Positions 1 through 10,093 of a stretch of 49,173 nt of DNA are shown in pieces. Where the stretch lies: positions 1 through 49,173 of the forward strand of contig CAYRJW010000003.1 in NCBI GenBank assembly GCA_964424715.1, written 5' to 3'. A model generated the notes under the pieces. It was not told the origin of the DNA and searched no databases. It was given only the letters and a program-made list of their open reading frames with translations. How positions within the stretch are numbered: the first letter of the stretch is position 1; each line of letters opens with the position of its first letter. The stretch is from an uncultured Rickettsiales bacterium (lineage in GTDB: Bacteria; Pseudomonadota; Alphaproteobacteria; Rickettsiales; UBA8987). The translations under genes were made by a program, and so were the position numbers.

Positions 1-383
1 CCACCAAACATGGCAGATAATGCGATACCAATATTTGCCTGAACCTCTTTTGCCTCTTCTTCTTTTTTCTTCAGGTGCTCGTTAACATCTTCCTGAGTAA
101 CCTCCTCGGGTTTTTTCTTATATCTTTCTGCGGCATCTAAAATATCCTGAGGAAATTTTTTATTACTATCATTTTTTAACTGAGGGGAATCATCCGATAG
201 TTTTTCTATAATTTCCTCTGCACCCAGAGAATTATTTACATCAGCAATTATCTCACCAGCAGGGACCAGAGAAGTTTCTAAGGCTGTTCTGATATTAACG
301 GACCCAGCCTCAGTGAACTGGTTCAACCTGTTCATCGTGAGGAAGTCTTTTAATATCTCTTCGAATTTATCTGTTTCTGTCAT
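1..383 (-). CDS. hypothetical Glu/Lys-rich protein, N-terminal part (CDS runs off the left edge)
   Basis: A reverse-strand ATG at 383-381 opens a stop-free frame down to position 1 (MTETDKFEEILKDFLTMNRLNQFTEAGSVN...KKKEEEAKEVQANIGIALSAMFGG). It is absent from the ORF track because it has no stop in the window. No family recognised. Confidence 0.5.
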   Translation of the reverse strand, partial: MTETDKFEEILKDFLTMNRLNQFTEAGSVNIRTALETSLVPAGEIIADVNNSLGAEEIIEKLSDDSPQLKNDSNKKFPQDILDAAERYKKKPEEVTQEDVNEHLKKKEEEAKEVQANIGIALSAMFG

Positions 384-485
384 AATTATTTATACCATAT
401 CTATATGTATTATAACAGAAAAAGGTTAAGAAAAGGTTAATGGGTCCAATTATTTAATCTATTGATTTTAATCATTATTTCCTCC

Positions 486-601
486 GTCATTCTGGCGAAG
501 GCCAGAATCCAATCGGCTTTGCCTGCCCGCAGGCGCTACAAATTATACCAGAAGCAGCAAGTTTTACTGTCAGGATGGATTCTGGCCTTCGCCAGAATGA
601 C
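486..601. repeat. 116-bp nested palindromic (REP/MITE-like) element
   Basis: Perfect 25-bp inverted repeat: gtcattctggcgaaggccagaatcc (486-510) and ggattctggccttcgccagaatgac (577-601). Each arm is itself a hairpin (tctggc-gaag-gccaga). The spacer holds another palindrome (gcctgc-cc-gcaggc). The element lies 16 nt downstream of the argH stop. Confidence 0.8.
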
Positions 602-617
602 ATGGGTGGGTGAAGGG

Positions 618-2000
618 TTAACGCGCATCCGGACTTGTTCCGCCATGGCTTTTGCGGGATTTTACGGAATTCTCAACCGAGAGGACATCGAAAATATTTT
701 TGGTTATTTTCTTTTCGACGCTTTGCAGTTCTTTCAGTGATAACTGATCGAGGCGGCATTTTTTTGCCTCGGCGATCTTTACTATTCTGCCGGTGATGTG
801 GTGGGCATCGCGGAATGGGGTGCCGAGATTCTTTACCAGCCAGTCGGCGATGTCGGTTGCGGTGGAGTAGCCGGATTTTGCAAGGGTGTGCATATTTTCC
901 TTATGTACTTTCATATCATCCACCATTCCGGCAGTAGCGCGGATGCACAGGATAATATTTTCAATAGCATCAAAGGTCGGTTCCTTATCTTCCTGCATAT
1001 CTTTGCTGTAAGCCAGCGGTAGGCCTTTTAATATTATGGTGAGTGTGGTGAGGGAGCCGAATATCCTTCCGACCTTGGCGCGCACTAATTCTGCGGCATC
1101 CGGGTTGCGCTTCTGCGGCATGATGGAGGAACCGGTGGTGAATTTATCAGAAAGGGTGATAAATTTGAATGGCTGGGAGCACCAGATAACTATTTCCTCA
1201 GCAAAACGGGAAAGATGGATGGCGAGGATATTGAGGTCTGAAACAAGCTCCAGAGCAAAATCACGATCGGAAACGGAATCGAGGGAATTTTTTGTAGGGG
1301 CACGGAAGCCTAGTTCCCTTGCGACCATATGGCGATCTATCGGGAAGCTGGTTCCGGCAAGCGCGGCGGAACCGAGCGGCAATTCATTGGCACGATCACG
1401 ACAATCCTGCAGGCGGCTGATATCGCGGCTTATCATTTCAACATACGCCTTTAAGTGGTGCGCAAGAGTTATCGGCTGCGCCACCTGTAAGTGAGTGAAG
1501 CCTGGCATTATAGTGTTTTTATTCGCCGTAGCTTTTTTGGAGAATGCGGTTTTTAATTTGTTAAGTTCTGTAATTATCAGATCAGTAGCGTCACGGCAGT
1601 AAAGTTTAAAATCGGTGGCCACCTGATCGTTGCGGGAACGGGCCGTGTGCAGTTTACCGGCGACATCACCGATCATCTCACGCAGGCGGGATTCAACATT
1701 CATGTGGATATCTTCAAGCTCGGTTTTGAATCTGAATTTGCCGGAATCTATCTCGATCAATATCTTTTGCAGGCCGGATATTATCTTTTCAACTTCCGCA
1801 TTTTTTAATATTTTTGTTTTACCAAGCATTCTGGCATGGGCGATAGAGGCGCGGATATCCTGCTTATATAGTTTTTTATCGAAATCTATCGAGGCGTTTA
1901 TCTTCTGCATTATCTCGGCAGGACCGTACTCAAAGTGCCCTCCCCACATTTTGTTGGAGCCTTTAGAAGATGAATTTTTGGTGAATTTTTTTGTTGCCAT
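618..2000 (-). CDS. argH: argininosuccinate lyase
   Basis: 460 aa. N-terminus [42 protein letters not shown] and the fumarate-lyase signature [12 protein letters not shown]. Confidence 0.95.
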   Translation of the reverse strand: MATKKFTKNSSSKGSNKMWGGHFEYGPAEIMQKINASIDFDKKLYKQDIRASIAHARMLGKTKILKNAEVEKIISGLQKILIEIDSGKFRFKTELEDIHMNVESRLREMIGDVAGKLHTARSRNDQVATDFKLYCRDATDLIITELNKLKTAFSKKATANKNTIMPGFTHLQVAQPITLAHHLKAYVEMISRDISRLQDCRDRANELPLGSAALAGTSFPIDRHMVARELGFRAPTKNSLDSVSDRDFALELVSDLNILAIHLSRFAEEIVIWCSQPFKFITLSDKFTTGSSIMPQKRNPDAAELVRAKVGRIFGSLTTLTIILKGLPLAYSKDMQEDKEPTFDAIENIILCIRATAGMVDDMKVHKENMHTLAKSGYSTATDIADWLVKNLGTPFRDAHHITGRIVKIAEAKKCRLDQLSLKELQSVEKKITKNIFDVLSVENSVKSRKSHGGTSPDAR

Positions 2001-2068
2001 TTTCCCTCAGTTGTAAATGCGATGATTAACTATTATATCAATAATCTGAATCGAGCAAAAGGTTTGTT

Positions 2069-2770
2069 ATGATGTACCTAAGAAAATCCGAAGAACGTGG
2101 CCATAACCATATAGACTGGCTGGAAAGCTACCATAGCTTTTCCTTCGGCCATTATTATGATCCGGAGCATGTGGGGTTCGGTAACCTTGTGGTGATAAAT
2201 GATGATATCATTGCCCCCGCTGGCGGCTTTGGCGAACATGGCCATAAGGATATGGAGATTGTAACTTATGTTATAGATGGCGAACTTGCGCACAAGGATA
2301 GTATTGGCAATGTCGCAACTATAAGATCCGGCGAGGTGCAGCGTATGAGCGCCGGTTCCGGCATAAGGCACAGTGAGTTCAATGCTTCCAAAACCAATGC
2401 ATGCAGGTTACTGCAAATATGGTTCCTGCCGAAAAATAATAATGATAAACCATCATATGAACAAAAATATTTCTCGGCGGAAGATAAAATGAACCGGCTA
2501 AAACTGGTGGTCTCAAGCGGCGGCAGGGATGGCTCGCTGGATATTCATCAGGATATTGAAATTTATGCAAGCGTGCTGGAGAAAGATAAAACCGTTTCAT
2601 ACGAACTTAATAATCGCTATATCTGGCTGCAGGTAGCAACCGGAGAAGTTGAAGTGAACGGCCAAAAACTAAAGCAGGGCGATGGTCTGGCGGTGGAGGA
2701 TGAAAAGACAGTGACTATAAAAGCTTTGAGTGGTAAAAGTGAATTCGTGATTTTTTCAATGGGTAAATAA
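2069..2770 (+). CDS. pirin family protein (bicupin)
   Basis: 233 aa. RGHNHIDWLESYHSFSFGHYYDPEHVGFGNLVVINDD and GFGEHGHKDMEIVTYVIDGEL are typical of the pirin N-terminal cupin. Confidence 0.85.
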   Translation: MMYLRKSEERGHNHIDWLESYHSFSFGHYYDPEHVGFGNLVVINDDIIAPAGGFGEHGHKDMEIVTYVIDGELAHKDSIGNVATIRSGEVQRMSAGSGIRHSEFNASKTNACRLLQIWFLPKNNNDKPSYEQKYFSAEDKMNRLKLVVSSGGRDGSLDIHQDIEIYASVLEKDKTVSYELNNRYIWLQVATGEVEVNGQKLKQGDGLAVEDEKTVTIKALSGKSEFVIFSMGK

Positions 2771-2780
2771 GGAGAATAAA

Positions 2781-3350
2781 ATGTCCAAATTAATATTTTT
2801 ATCAGGTTCGGCGCGCAAGGAATCAGTAAATAAAAAACTTGCGAAGCAGGCTTATGAATTTGCGAAGGAACTTGGCGCCGAGGCAAAATTCATTGATCTG
2901 AAAGATTATGATATGCCAATATATAATGGCGACCTTGAAGCTGAAAAGGGCATGCCGGAAAATGGTAAAAAACTGAAACAGGAATTTTTAAATGCCGATG
3001 GTTTTCTTATCGCATCGCCGGAATATAACAGCTCGTTCTCATCCCTGCTCAAAAATTCGCTGGACTGGATAAGCCGAAAAGAAGATGGCACAGGCGGCGA
3101 TCTTAGCGCTTTCAAAGGCAAGGTTGCTGCGCTTTCTGCCGCATCTCCCGGTGGTTATGGCGGTTTACGCGGGCTTGTTCCACTTCGCATGATGCTTGGA
3201 AATATCGGCGTTATAGTTCTGCCTGATCAGGTTGCTATACCACAGGCACATAATGCGTTTGATGATAGCGGAAAGTTCAAGGAAGAAAAAACCGCGGTGC
3301 AGGTCAAGAACCTTGTGAAAAGTCTTATTGAATATACGGATTGCAAGTAA
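2781..3350 (+). CDS. NAD(P)H-dependent FMN reductase family oxidoreductase
   Basis: 189 aa. N-terminal flavodoxin-like motif LIFLSGSARKESVNKKLA and SPEYNSSFSSLLKNSLDWISR. Confidence 0.75.
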   Translation: MSKLIFLSGSARKESVNKKLAKQAYEFAKELGAEAKFIDLKDYDMPIYNGDLEAEKGMPENGKKLKQEFLNADGFLIASPEYNSSFSSLLKNSLDWISRKEDGTGGDLSAFKGKVAALSAASPGGYGGLRGLVPLRMMLGNIGVIVLPDQVAIPQAHNAFDDSGKFKEEKTAVQVKNLVKSLIEYTDCK

Positions 3351-3884
3351 TCACTTCAGATATTTTTCGGGAATACTGGAGAACATTTGTTTCTCCTCTA
3401 TTTCCTTATCTATCTTTTCGGCCATTGAATCGAATTTGAAACCTTGTTTCTTTAATTCGCAGCGGGCATTGGAAAGATGCTCAAGATTTTCCTTCCATTC
3501 CGCACCGAAAAGATTTTCCAGTATCCTTTTTATACGCCGTGCAAGACGCGGACCTTTGCCAGCGGTGGAAACGGTCAGTAGCAGATCGCCACGGCGGACT
3601 ATGGCCGGAGCATGGAAATTGCAGAACTGGATCTTATCTTCGGTATTTATCAGTAATTTCCTTGCCTCGGCCATATGGAATATTTTTTCAGAGACCTCAT
3701 CATCAAAATCGGCGACATAAACTATATTTATATTTTCAAAATCCGATTCGACAGGAAAACTTTCTATATATCTCACATTTTGAACTCTAGCCGCCGCAAT
3801 CATTTCCAGACGGCGCGTCGTGGCAGGCCCCTTGCCTATTACAAGGGTTTTAAGATATTGCGGCGCTAGTATGATTGGCAGCAT
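3351..3884 (-). CDS. siroheme synthase N-terminal-domain-like protein (precorrin-2 dehydrogenase / sirohydrochlorin ferrochelatase)
   Basis: 177 aa. Rossmann-like LVIGKGPATTRRLEMI, then FCNFHAPAIVRRGDLLLTVSTAGKGPRLARRIKRILE, which matches the CysG-N/Met8 pattern. Confidence 0.65.
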   Translation of the reverse strand: MLPIILAPQYLKTLVIGKGPATTRRLEMIAAARVQNVRYIESFPVESDFENINIVYVADFDDEVSEKIFHMAEARKLLINTEDKIQFCNFHAPAIVRRGDLLLTVSTAGKGPRLARRIKRILENLFGAEWKENLEHLSNARCELKKQGFKFDSMAEKIDKEIEEKQMFSSIPEKYLK

Positions 3885-3887
3885 AAA

Positions 3888-5039
3888 TTATGCGAAGTAA
3901 TTTTCGATGATCTTTTTATAAATATTTTTCAGATTCACCAGATCTTCAACTGAAGTTTTTTCATCAATTTTGTGGGCGGTGGTATTGATAAGTCCGAACT
4001 CTACTACCTCGGCATAATCCTTGATGAACCTTGCATCAGAAGTGCCACCGGTGGTGCTGCGCACGGGCTTCCTGCCTATAACTTCCTTGACCGAACTCTC
4101 AACCACATCAGCCAGTATTCCTGGTTTGCTAAGGAAGGCTTCACATTCGCCTTTACGGGCTTCAAGCTCGAATTTTTCAGAATGTTTATTGCAGATATGC
4201 ATTACATGCTTACGAACGGATTTTGATGAATGAAGATTATTGAAACGGATATTGAAACGCGCCGATGCCTTCTCAGGAACAAGGTTTGCGGTGGTGTTGG
4301 CGACATCTATCGAAGTAACTTCAAGGTTGGAAGGCTGGAAGAATTTATTGCCTTTATCTATCCTTTCGGAGATCAGTTCGCTTAATATTTTTATTATTAT
4401 CTTGTTCGGATTTTTTACTTTTTCCGGATATGCCACATGGCCCTGAAGGCCGTGAACTGTAAGCGTGAAACTGATACTGCCACGGCGGCCTATCTTCATC
4501 ATATCGCCAAGAATTTCGGCATTGGTAGGTTCACCGACTATACAGGAATCTATTTTTATGCCTTTTTCAGAAATGAATTTTAACATTTTCACGGTGCCGT
4601 TTATGGAATCCGCTTCCTCATCGCCAGTGATCAGAAATGATAATTTACCTTTATTGAAACCGGGGTTCTCTTCCAGAAATTCGGAAGTAGCGGCAACCCA
4701 TGCGGCAATGGAGCCTTTCATATCGACCGCGCCGCGGCCGATAAGATTTCCGTTAACTATCTTCGGGGAAAAAGGCGGCACTGACCATAATTTATCATCC
4801 CCGCCCGGTACAACATCAGTATGGCCGGCAAAGCATAGATTCTTTCCTGATGTGCCGAAACTGGCATAAAGATTACCCACTTCATAGGATTCATCACCGG
4901 AGAAATTATGCGTGTGACATTCAAAGTCGAGTTTTCCGAGAGTTTCCGAGACCAGCGCTATAGCGCCATTATCAGCCTCACCGGAGATACTTTTCCGGGC
5001 TATTAATTCAAGGGCGAAATCTACAACTTCAATTGCCAT
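3888..5039 (-). CDS. dapE: succinyl-diaminopimelate desuccinylase
   Basis: 383 aa M20 peptidase. CFAGHTDVVPGG, GRGAVDMKGSIAAW and ITGDEE motifs; length and layout typical of DapE. Confidence 0.9.
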   Translation of the reverse strand: MAIEVVDFALELIARKSISGEADNGAIALVSETLGKLDFECHTHNFSGDESYEVGNLYASFGTSGKNLCFAGHTDVVPGGDDKLWSVPPFSPKIVNGNLIGRGAVDMKGSIAAWVAATSEFLEENPGFNKGKLSFLITGDEEADSINGTVKMLKFISEKGIKIDSCIVGEPTNAEILGDMMKIGRRGSISFTLTVHGLQGHVAYPEKVKNPNKIIIKILSELISERIDKGNKFFQPSNLEVTSIDVANTTANLVPEKASARFNIRFNNLHSSKSVRKHVMHICNKHSEKFELEARKGECEAFLSKPGILADVVESSVKEVIGRKPVRSTTGGTSDARFIKDYAEVVEFGLINTTAHKIDEKTSVEDLVNLKNIYKKIIENYFA

Positions 5040-5054
5040 GATATTAATTTTTGG

Positions 5055-6629
5055 TTACAGCTTCAATGTTTTAGGTTTGGTCTTTCTCATCCAGATCATG
5101 ATGAATAATTTCGTAAGCGTTATCGCCGCGAACATTGAACTTAATATACCGACTGTAAGCGTTACAGCAAATCCTTTCACCGGCCCTGCACCATAAGTAT
5201 ATAGCAGGAAGGCCGCTATCAGCGTTGTTATGTTAGAATCTACCACTGTACGGAAGGCCATGGTGAAACCGCTATCAATACCGGATATCGGGCTTTTGCC
5301 GTTGCGGTATTCTTCCTTGATACGCTCGAACACCAGAACGTTCGCATCAACACCCATGCCCATTGTAAGCACCAGACCGGCTATACCAGGCATGGTGAGC
5401 GTTGCACCGAACACCGAAAGTATCGCAAGGATTATTATCATGTGCATTATAAGTGCAAGGTCGGCAAACAGGCCGAACAGGCCATAGACGGCGATCATTA
5501 ATATAGTGATGAACAGGAACCCGACCAGCGTCGCACGCTTGCCAGCATCAATGGAATCCTGACCGAGTGAAGGGCCGACTGTGCGTTCTTCTACAATGGT
5601 AAGTGGCGCAGGCAGCGCGCCGGAGCGCAGAAGCAGACCTAATTCATTGGCTTCAGGAACGGTGAAATTACCGGTGATTATACCGGATCCGCCAAGTATC
5701 GCGGAATTGATGCGCGGCGCGGTTATCAACTTGCCATCCAGAACTACAGCGAATGGTTTACCGATATTTTCTGAAGTGGTCTGGGCGAATTTCTTGCCGC
5801 CGAGATTATTGAATTTGAAACTCACCACCGGCTGCGCCTGATCGAAGGTAGCGCGGGCATCGATAAGCATATCACCGCTTATCTCGACATTCTTCTTCAC
5901 CAGATATTTCTGCTGTGATGCCGGATCCATGTCAGGAACTATCATCTCATCAGCCTGCGGAAATTTGGTGGTGATGGCAAAAGGATCATCATTATTCATT
6001 AAGTGGAATGTCATTTTCGCGGTCTTGCCGAGGAGTTTTTTCAGTTCATCAGGATTCTGTAATCCGGGAACTTGTAATAAGATACGTTCTTTGCCCTGCA
6101 TCTGGATTATCGGCTCACGCGTGCCTGTTTCATCAACACGGCGGCGGACTATCTCGATGGATTTTTCAATGACATCGCGCTGCATTGAGGCAAGCACATC
6201 ATCAGAATAGGATATTTTAAAATTATTATTATCATCAGTATCCACCGAAAGATCGCGGGAGATAGATTTAAGCTTCTCAATAGCAGCGTCTCTGGCTTTG
6301 CTATCACGCAGGGTCAGCGTGATATACGGGTTCTTATTTTCATCCTGCTTAATGCCGAGATTTATATAGCCTATCTTTTCCTTGCGGAAATTTTTACGTA
6401 TATCATCCAACACCGAAGCGAAATGCTCCTTCAGATAATGATTGAAATCCACCTTTAGCAGAAGATGTGAACCGCCCTGCAGATCAAGCCCCAGCTTTAC
6501 CGTGCCAGATGGCAGAAAACTATATTCAGCGCGCTGCTGCTCGCTCAGGAAATTCGGCGCAGATTGCAGCACAGCCCAGATACAAACGCCGATCGCTACA
6601 AATATCTTCCATTTTGGGAAATTCATCAT
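5055..6629 (-). CDS. secD: protein translocase subunit SecD
   Basis: 524 aa. LGLDLQGGSHLLLKVD near the N-terminus and a C-terminal 6-TM block with GIAGLVLTMGMGVDANVLVFERIKEE. It sits directly downstream of yajC. Confidence 0.92.
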   Translation of the reverse strand: MMNFPKWKIFVAIGVCIWAVLQSAPNFLSEQQRAEYSFLPSGTVKLGLDLQGGSHLLLKVDFNHYLKEHFASVLDDIRKNFRKEKIGYINLGIKQDENKNPYITLTLRDSKARDAAIEKLKSISRDLSVDTDDNNNFKISYSDDVLASMQRDVIEKSIEIVRRRVDETGTREPIIQMQGKERILLQVPGLQNPDELKKLLGKTAKMTFHLMNNDDPFAITTKFPQADEMIVPDMDPASQQKYLVKKNVEISGDMLIDARATFDQAQPVVSFKFNNLGGKKFAQTTSENIGKPFAVVLDGKLITAPRINSAILGGSGIITGNFTVPEANELGLLLRSGALPAPLTIVEERTVGPSLGQDSIDAGKRATLVGFLFITILMIAVYGLFGLFADLALIMHMIIILAILSVFGATLTMPGIAGLVLTMGMGVDANVLVFERIKEEYRNGKSPISGIDSGFTMAFRTVVDSNITTLIAAFLLYTYGAGPVKGFAVTLTVGILSSMFAAITLTKLFIMIWMRKTKPKTLKL

Positions 6630-6631
6630 GA

Positions 6632-7039
6632 TTATTTTTTCTCTTCTTTTTTGTCAGCTTTTTTGTCGGACACAAGTTCAGTAACTGATGAGCGCAGAAC
6701 TTTGACCTCAACGCCGCTGGCTATTTCAACCTCGATGATCTTCTCACCTTCAGGCGCTTTGGTCACCGTACCAACGAAACCTGCTCCGGTTATTACCTTA
6801 TCGCCTTTTTTAAGAGCGGATACCAGTTTTGCATGGTCCTTGAACTTTTTTTGCTGCGGGCGGATAAGCAGGAAATAGAATATCACGAATATTATGCCAA
6901 GCTGAACCACCAGCCCTTCAACACCACCCGGTGCAGCAGGCGCACCGGCAGCAGCCGGGCTTGTGCCGATAGCGGCGGTATCCTGAGCAATACTTATTAC
7001 AGGGAGCAGATAGGCGATAAGGGCGAATATATATTTCAT
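6632..7039 (-). CDS. yajC: preprotein translocase subunit YajC
   Basis: 135 aa. IIFVIFYFLLIRPQQKKFKDHAKLVSALKKGDKVITGAGFVGTV is the YajC core. There is an extended Ala/Pro-rich N-terminus and a Lys/Glu tail. Confidence 0.88.
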   Translation of the reverse strand: MKYIFALIAYLLPVISIAQDTAAIGTSPAAAGAPAAPGGVEGLVVQLGIIFVIFYFLLIRPQQKKFKDHAKLVSALKKGDKVITGAGFVGTVTKAPEGEKIIEVEIASGVEVKVLRSSVTELVSDKKADKKEEKK

Positions 7040-7182
7040 TGGTTTTATCCTTTATTTTCTAGGCCCTTATATTGCAAGCAAAGCCGCAGATGTAAATAAA
7101 TTTTTTCAATATTTTGTATTTACATTCCGGCGTGAGATACTATTTTCACTTTTAGTTATTAAATAAATCATGAGTTTTAGAC

Positions 7183-7686
7183 ATGTTACGACCTTTAATT
7201 CTGACACTTGCCATATTACTGCTGGCCCCGGCCACATTCGCACAAACATTAGGCGGAACCTTCAAGAACTGGGCGTTCTTCACCTCTACGGAAGATGGCC
7301 GGAAGGTCTGTTATATAACCTCTAACCCGATCAGGAAAACCGGCACTTACAGGATCCGCGGCGATGTCTATATGATAATCACCTATCGCGGCGCTGGCTC
7401 TACGCCTGAGGTCAGCATCGATACCGGCTTCCCTTACAAGAGCGGCAGCGAGGTCGATTTTGTGATAGATGGCAGGAAATCCTTCAAGTTCTTCACCTCT
7501 GCCCAGACTCCGCAAATGGCATGGGCCAAAGATGAACAGGCTGACAGAACAATAATTGAAGCAATGAAGCGTGGCGGCAGGGTTAACACCAAAGGCACTT
7601 CCACCCGCGGAACTGTTGCGCAGGATACTTATTCCCTTTCAGGAATTTCAGCGGCATACAGCAAAATGGTTGCTGCCTGCCAGTAA
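7183..7686 (+). CDS. exported protein, invasion-associated locus B (IalB)-like
   Basis: 167 aa. Signal peptide MLRPLILTLAILLLAPATFAQ. WAFFTSTEDGRKVCYITSNP and a C-terminal Cys resemble IalB-family proteins as I recall them; not verified. Confidence 0.45.
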   Translation: MLRPLILTLAILLLAPATFAQTLGGTFKNWAFFTSTEDGRKVCYITSNPIRKTGTYRIRGDVYMIITYRGAGSTPEVSIDTGFPYKSGSEVDFVIDGRKSFKFFTSAQTPQMAWAKDEQADRTIIEAMKRGGRVNTKGTSTRGTVAQDTYSLSGISAAYSKMVAACQ

Positions 7687-7695
7687 AATATATTT

Positions 7696-8301
7696 ATGAT
7701 AATTCTTGCAGTTGATACCGCACTTGGCCAGGAAAGCGTCGCTATCCTGCGCGATGGCGAGGTGATCGCATTCTCGCAAGGCACCGAAAACTCCCTTCAG
7801 GCTGAACGGCTTTTTGAACATATCAGCAATGTTTTTGCCAAGACGAAAATGGGATATGAGAATATAGACCATTTCGCGGTCGATATCGGCCCGGGAAGTT
7901 TCACCGGTATCAGGATAGGCCTGAGCGCCATACTTGGGATATGTCTGGCACAGGGCAAGGAAATGCTGGGCATCAGCAGCCTTGAGGCGCTCGCATATAA
8001 AAGTGGTAAAAATAAAGTTCATACAGTTCTTAATGCCGGCAGGAATGAATTATATTCGCAGGAATTCGAGATCAATAACAGTATAATAAAAAATATCTCA
8101 AAAGCGGAACTGCTGAGGCTTGATTCACTTACTTCCGCCGATATAGGTAATCTGGCGTTCTGCGCCGTTCAAACTCTTCCTGATGCAAGGGATATCGGTA
8201 TTGCGGCTAACCTCATGATAAAAAATAATATAGCTGATTTTTCCAGAAAAAGCCCTATATATATAAGGCAACCTGATGCAAAAATAAAAGTTAAGAATTA
8301 A
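7696..8301 (+). CDS. tsaB: tRNA threonylcarbamoyladenosine biosynthesis protein TsaB
   Basis: 201 aa. ILAVDTALGQESVAIL and FAVDIGPGSFTGIRIGLS motifs (YeaZ family). Confidence 0.88.
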   Translation: MIILAVDTALGQESVAILRDGEVIAFSQGTENSLQAERLFEHISNVFAKTKMGYENIDHFAVDIGPGSFTGIRIGLSAILGICLAQGKEMLGISSLEALAYKSGKNKVHTVLNAGRNELYSQEFEINNSIIKNISKAELLRLDSLTSADIGNLAFCAVQTLPDARDIGIAANLMIKNNIADFSRKSPIYIRQPDAKIKVKN

Positions 8302-9659
8302 TGTTCGATAGGCTTACACAATCAATTTCCAACTCTTTCTCCAAACTCCGGGGCAAAGGGTTATTGAAGGAAGAGGACATCAGCGAAGCCATGCGCGAGA
8401 TACGCATCGCCCTGCTGGAGGCCGATGTGGCACTGCCGGTGGCAAAGGAATTCATTGAAAAGGTAAAGGCAAAATCACTGGGTGAGGAGATCGTAAGGTC
8501 CATTTCCCCGGCGCAGATGATAGTGAAGATAGTTCACGATGAACTCACAGAAATTCTGGGCGGCGAGGAAATAAATGATGTTAACTTGAACACCAACCCA
8601 CCAGTTGTGATATTGGTGGCTGGCCTTCAGGGCTCCGGCAAAACCACAAGCTGCGGCAAGCTTGCGCATTATCTCAAAAGTAAGAAACATAAAAAGGTCT
8701 TGCTTGCATCGCTGGATATTTACCGCCCGGCCGCACAGCAGCAGCTGGAAATTCTCGGCAAGCAGATAGGCGTTGAAAGCGCAGAGATAATCGCCGGGCA
8801 GAAACCTAAAGATATAACCGAGCGCGCCCTCAAAAAGGCCCGCACTGAGGGTTTTGATGTTGTTATACTCGATACCGCCGGCAGGCTCCACATCGATAGT
8901 GAGCTGATGGATGAACTGAAGGAAATTGAAAAAATCTCTAATCCGACTGAAACATTTTTAGTTGGCGATGCGATGACCGGGCAGGATGCGGTGAACATCG
9001 CCCGCGAATTTGCCGCGCAGATAAAACTCACCGGGATAATACTTACCCGTATGGATGGTGATGCAAGGGGTGGGGCGGCACTCAGCATGAGGTCCATCAC
9101 CGGCTGCCCGATAAAATTCGTGGGGCTAGGCGAAAAAATATCCGAGTTCGAACCGTTCCACGCCAAGCGTATAGCAGGCAGGATACTGGATATGGGCGAT
9201 GTGGTCGCCTTGGTTGAAAAAGCGCAGGAAAATTTTGATCAGGACGAAGCGGAAAAAATGATGAAGAAACTGCAAAAAGGCGGTTTTGACCTTAACGATC
9301 TCTATAAACAAATTAAAATGATCCAGAAAATGGGCGGCGTTTCAGGCATGGCGAGTTTTATCCCCGGCCTCGCAAAAGTAAAAAGCCAGATCGAAGATGC
9401 CAATATCGACAAAAATGTTTTAAAGAAACAGCTTGCCATAATAGAATCCATGACCACGCAGGAGCGCCGCTTCCCCAAGGTTTTGAGTGGCTCCCGCAAG
9501 CGCAGGATAGCAAAAGGTTCCGGCACCACCGTTCAGGAAATAAACCAGCTCATCAAACAGCACATGCAGATGAGCAAGATGATGGGCAAGATGAAAGGCC
9601 TGAACCCCGCAAAACTCGGCAATATGGCCGCAATGAAAAATCTGTTCAACGGAATGTAA
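8301..9659 (+). CDS. ffh: signal recognition particle protein Ffh
   Basis: 452 aa. N-domain, SRP54 GTPase (GLQGSGKTTSCGKLA, DTAGRL, TRMDGDARGG) and a Met-rich M domain. The start overlaps the tsaB stop (TAATG). Confidence 0.95.
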   Translation: MFDRLTQSISNSFSKLRGKGLLKEEDISEAMREIRIALLEADVALPVAKEFIEKVKAKSLGEEIVRSISPAQMIVKIVHDELTEILGGEEINDVNLNTNPPVVILVAGLQGSGKTTSCGKLAHYLKSKKHKKVLLASLDIYRPAAQQQLEILGKQIGVESAEIIAGQKPKDITERALKKARTEGFDVVILDTAGRLHIDSELMDELKEIEKISNPTETFLVGDAMTGQDAVNIAREFAAQIKLTGIILTRMDGDARGGAALSMRSITGCPIKFVGLGEKISEFEPFHAKRIAGRILDMGDVVALVEKAQENFDQDEAEKMMKKLQKGGFDLNDLYKQIKMIQKMGGVSGMASFIPGLAKVKSQIEDANIDKNVLKKQLAIIESMTTQERRFPKVLSGSRKRRIAKGSGTTVQEINQLIKQHMQMSKMMGKMKGLNPAKLGNMAAMKNLFNGM

Positions 9660-10093
9660 TGAAAAATATTTTTATCATTTCCATTTTATTTTTAATTTCA
9701 GCCTGCGCTGGCGGCAACCAGTTCGCCTATGACCGCAAGACCTCCTGTGAGATAAATTACGGCCATAACGGCATTTCAATAATCGTCGATAAAGATAATA
9801 TACTGATAAAAAATAACCGACAGGATGGATTTGGCAGCGTCTTAAGCGCCCGCACGGCTGATAGGGTATATTATACTTCCTCAAGATATTTCAGTAACGG
9901 AGACATTGATGATATCATAAATAGCCTGAGAAATTCCCAAAAACTTTACCTGCAATGGAAACTCCCCGGCACTAATTATTCTTCTGGAGATATCCGCACC
10001 AATATTATTGATGTAGCGGATTTCGGTAAAGAATTGGATCAGTGCCTGACAGCACAGCATCATTCATATACCGGCAAAGAACCCGTTCAATAG
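9659..10093 (+). CDS. hypothetical lipoprotein
   Basis: 144 aa. Lipobox LFLISAC-AGG. The start overlaps the ffh stop (TAATG). The 3' end overlaps the convergent DUF2063 gene by 30 nt. Confidence 0.6.
   Translation: MKNIFIISILFLISACAGGNQFAYDRKTSCEINYGHNGISIIVDKDNILIKNNRQDGFGSVLSARTADRVYYTSSRYFSNGDIDDIINSLRNSQKLYLQWKLPGTNYSSGDIRTNIIDVADFGKELDQCLTAQHHSYTGKEPVQ

Noticed and set aside
462-740. 92-aa ORF in the ORF track
   Set aside because: It is the translation of the palindromic repeat (486-601) and then runs antisense into the argH 3' end. No coding support.
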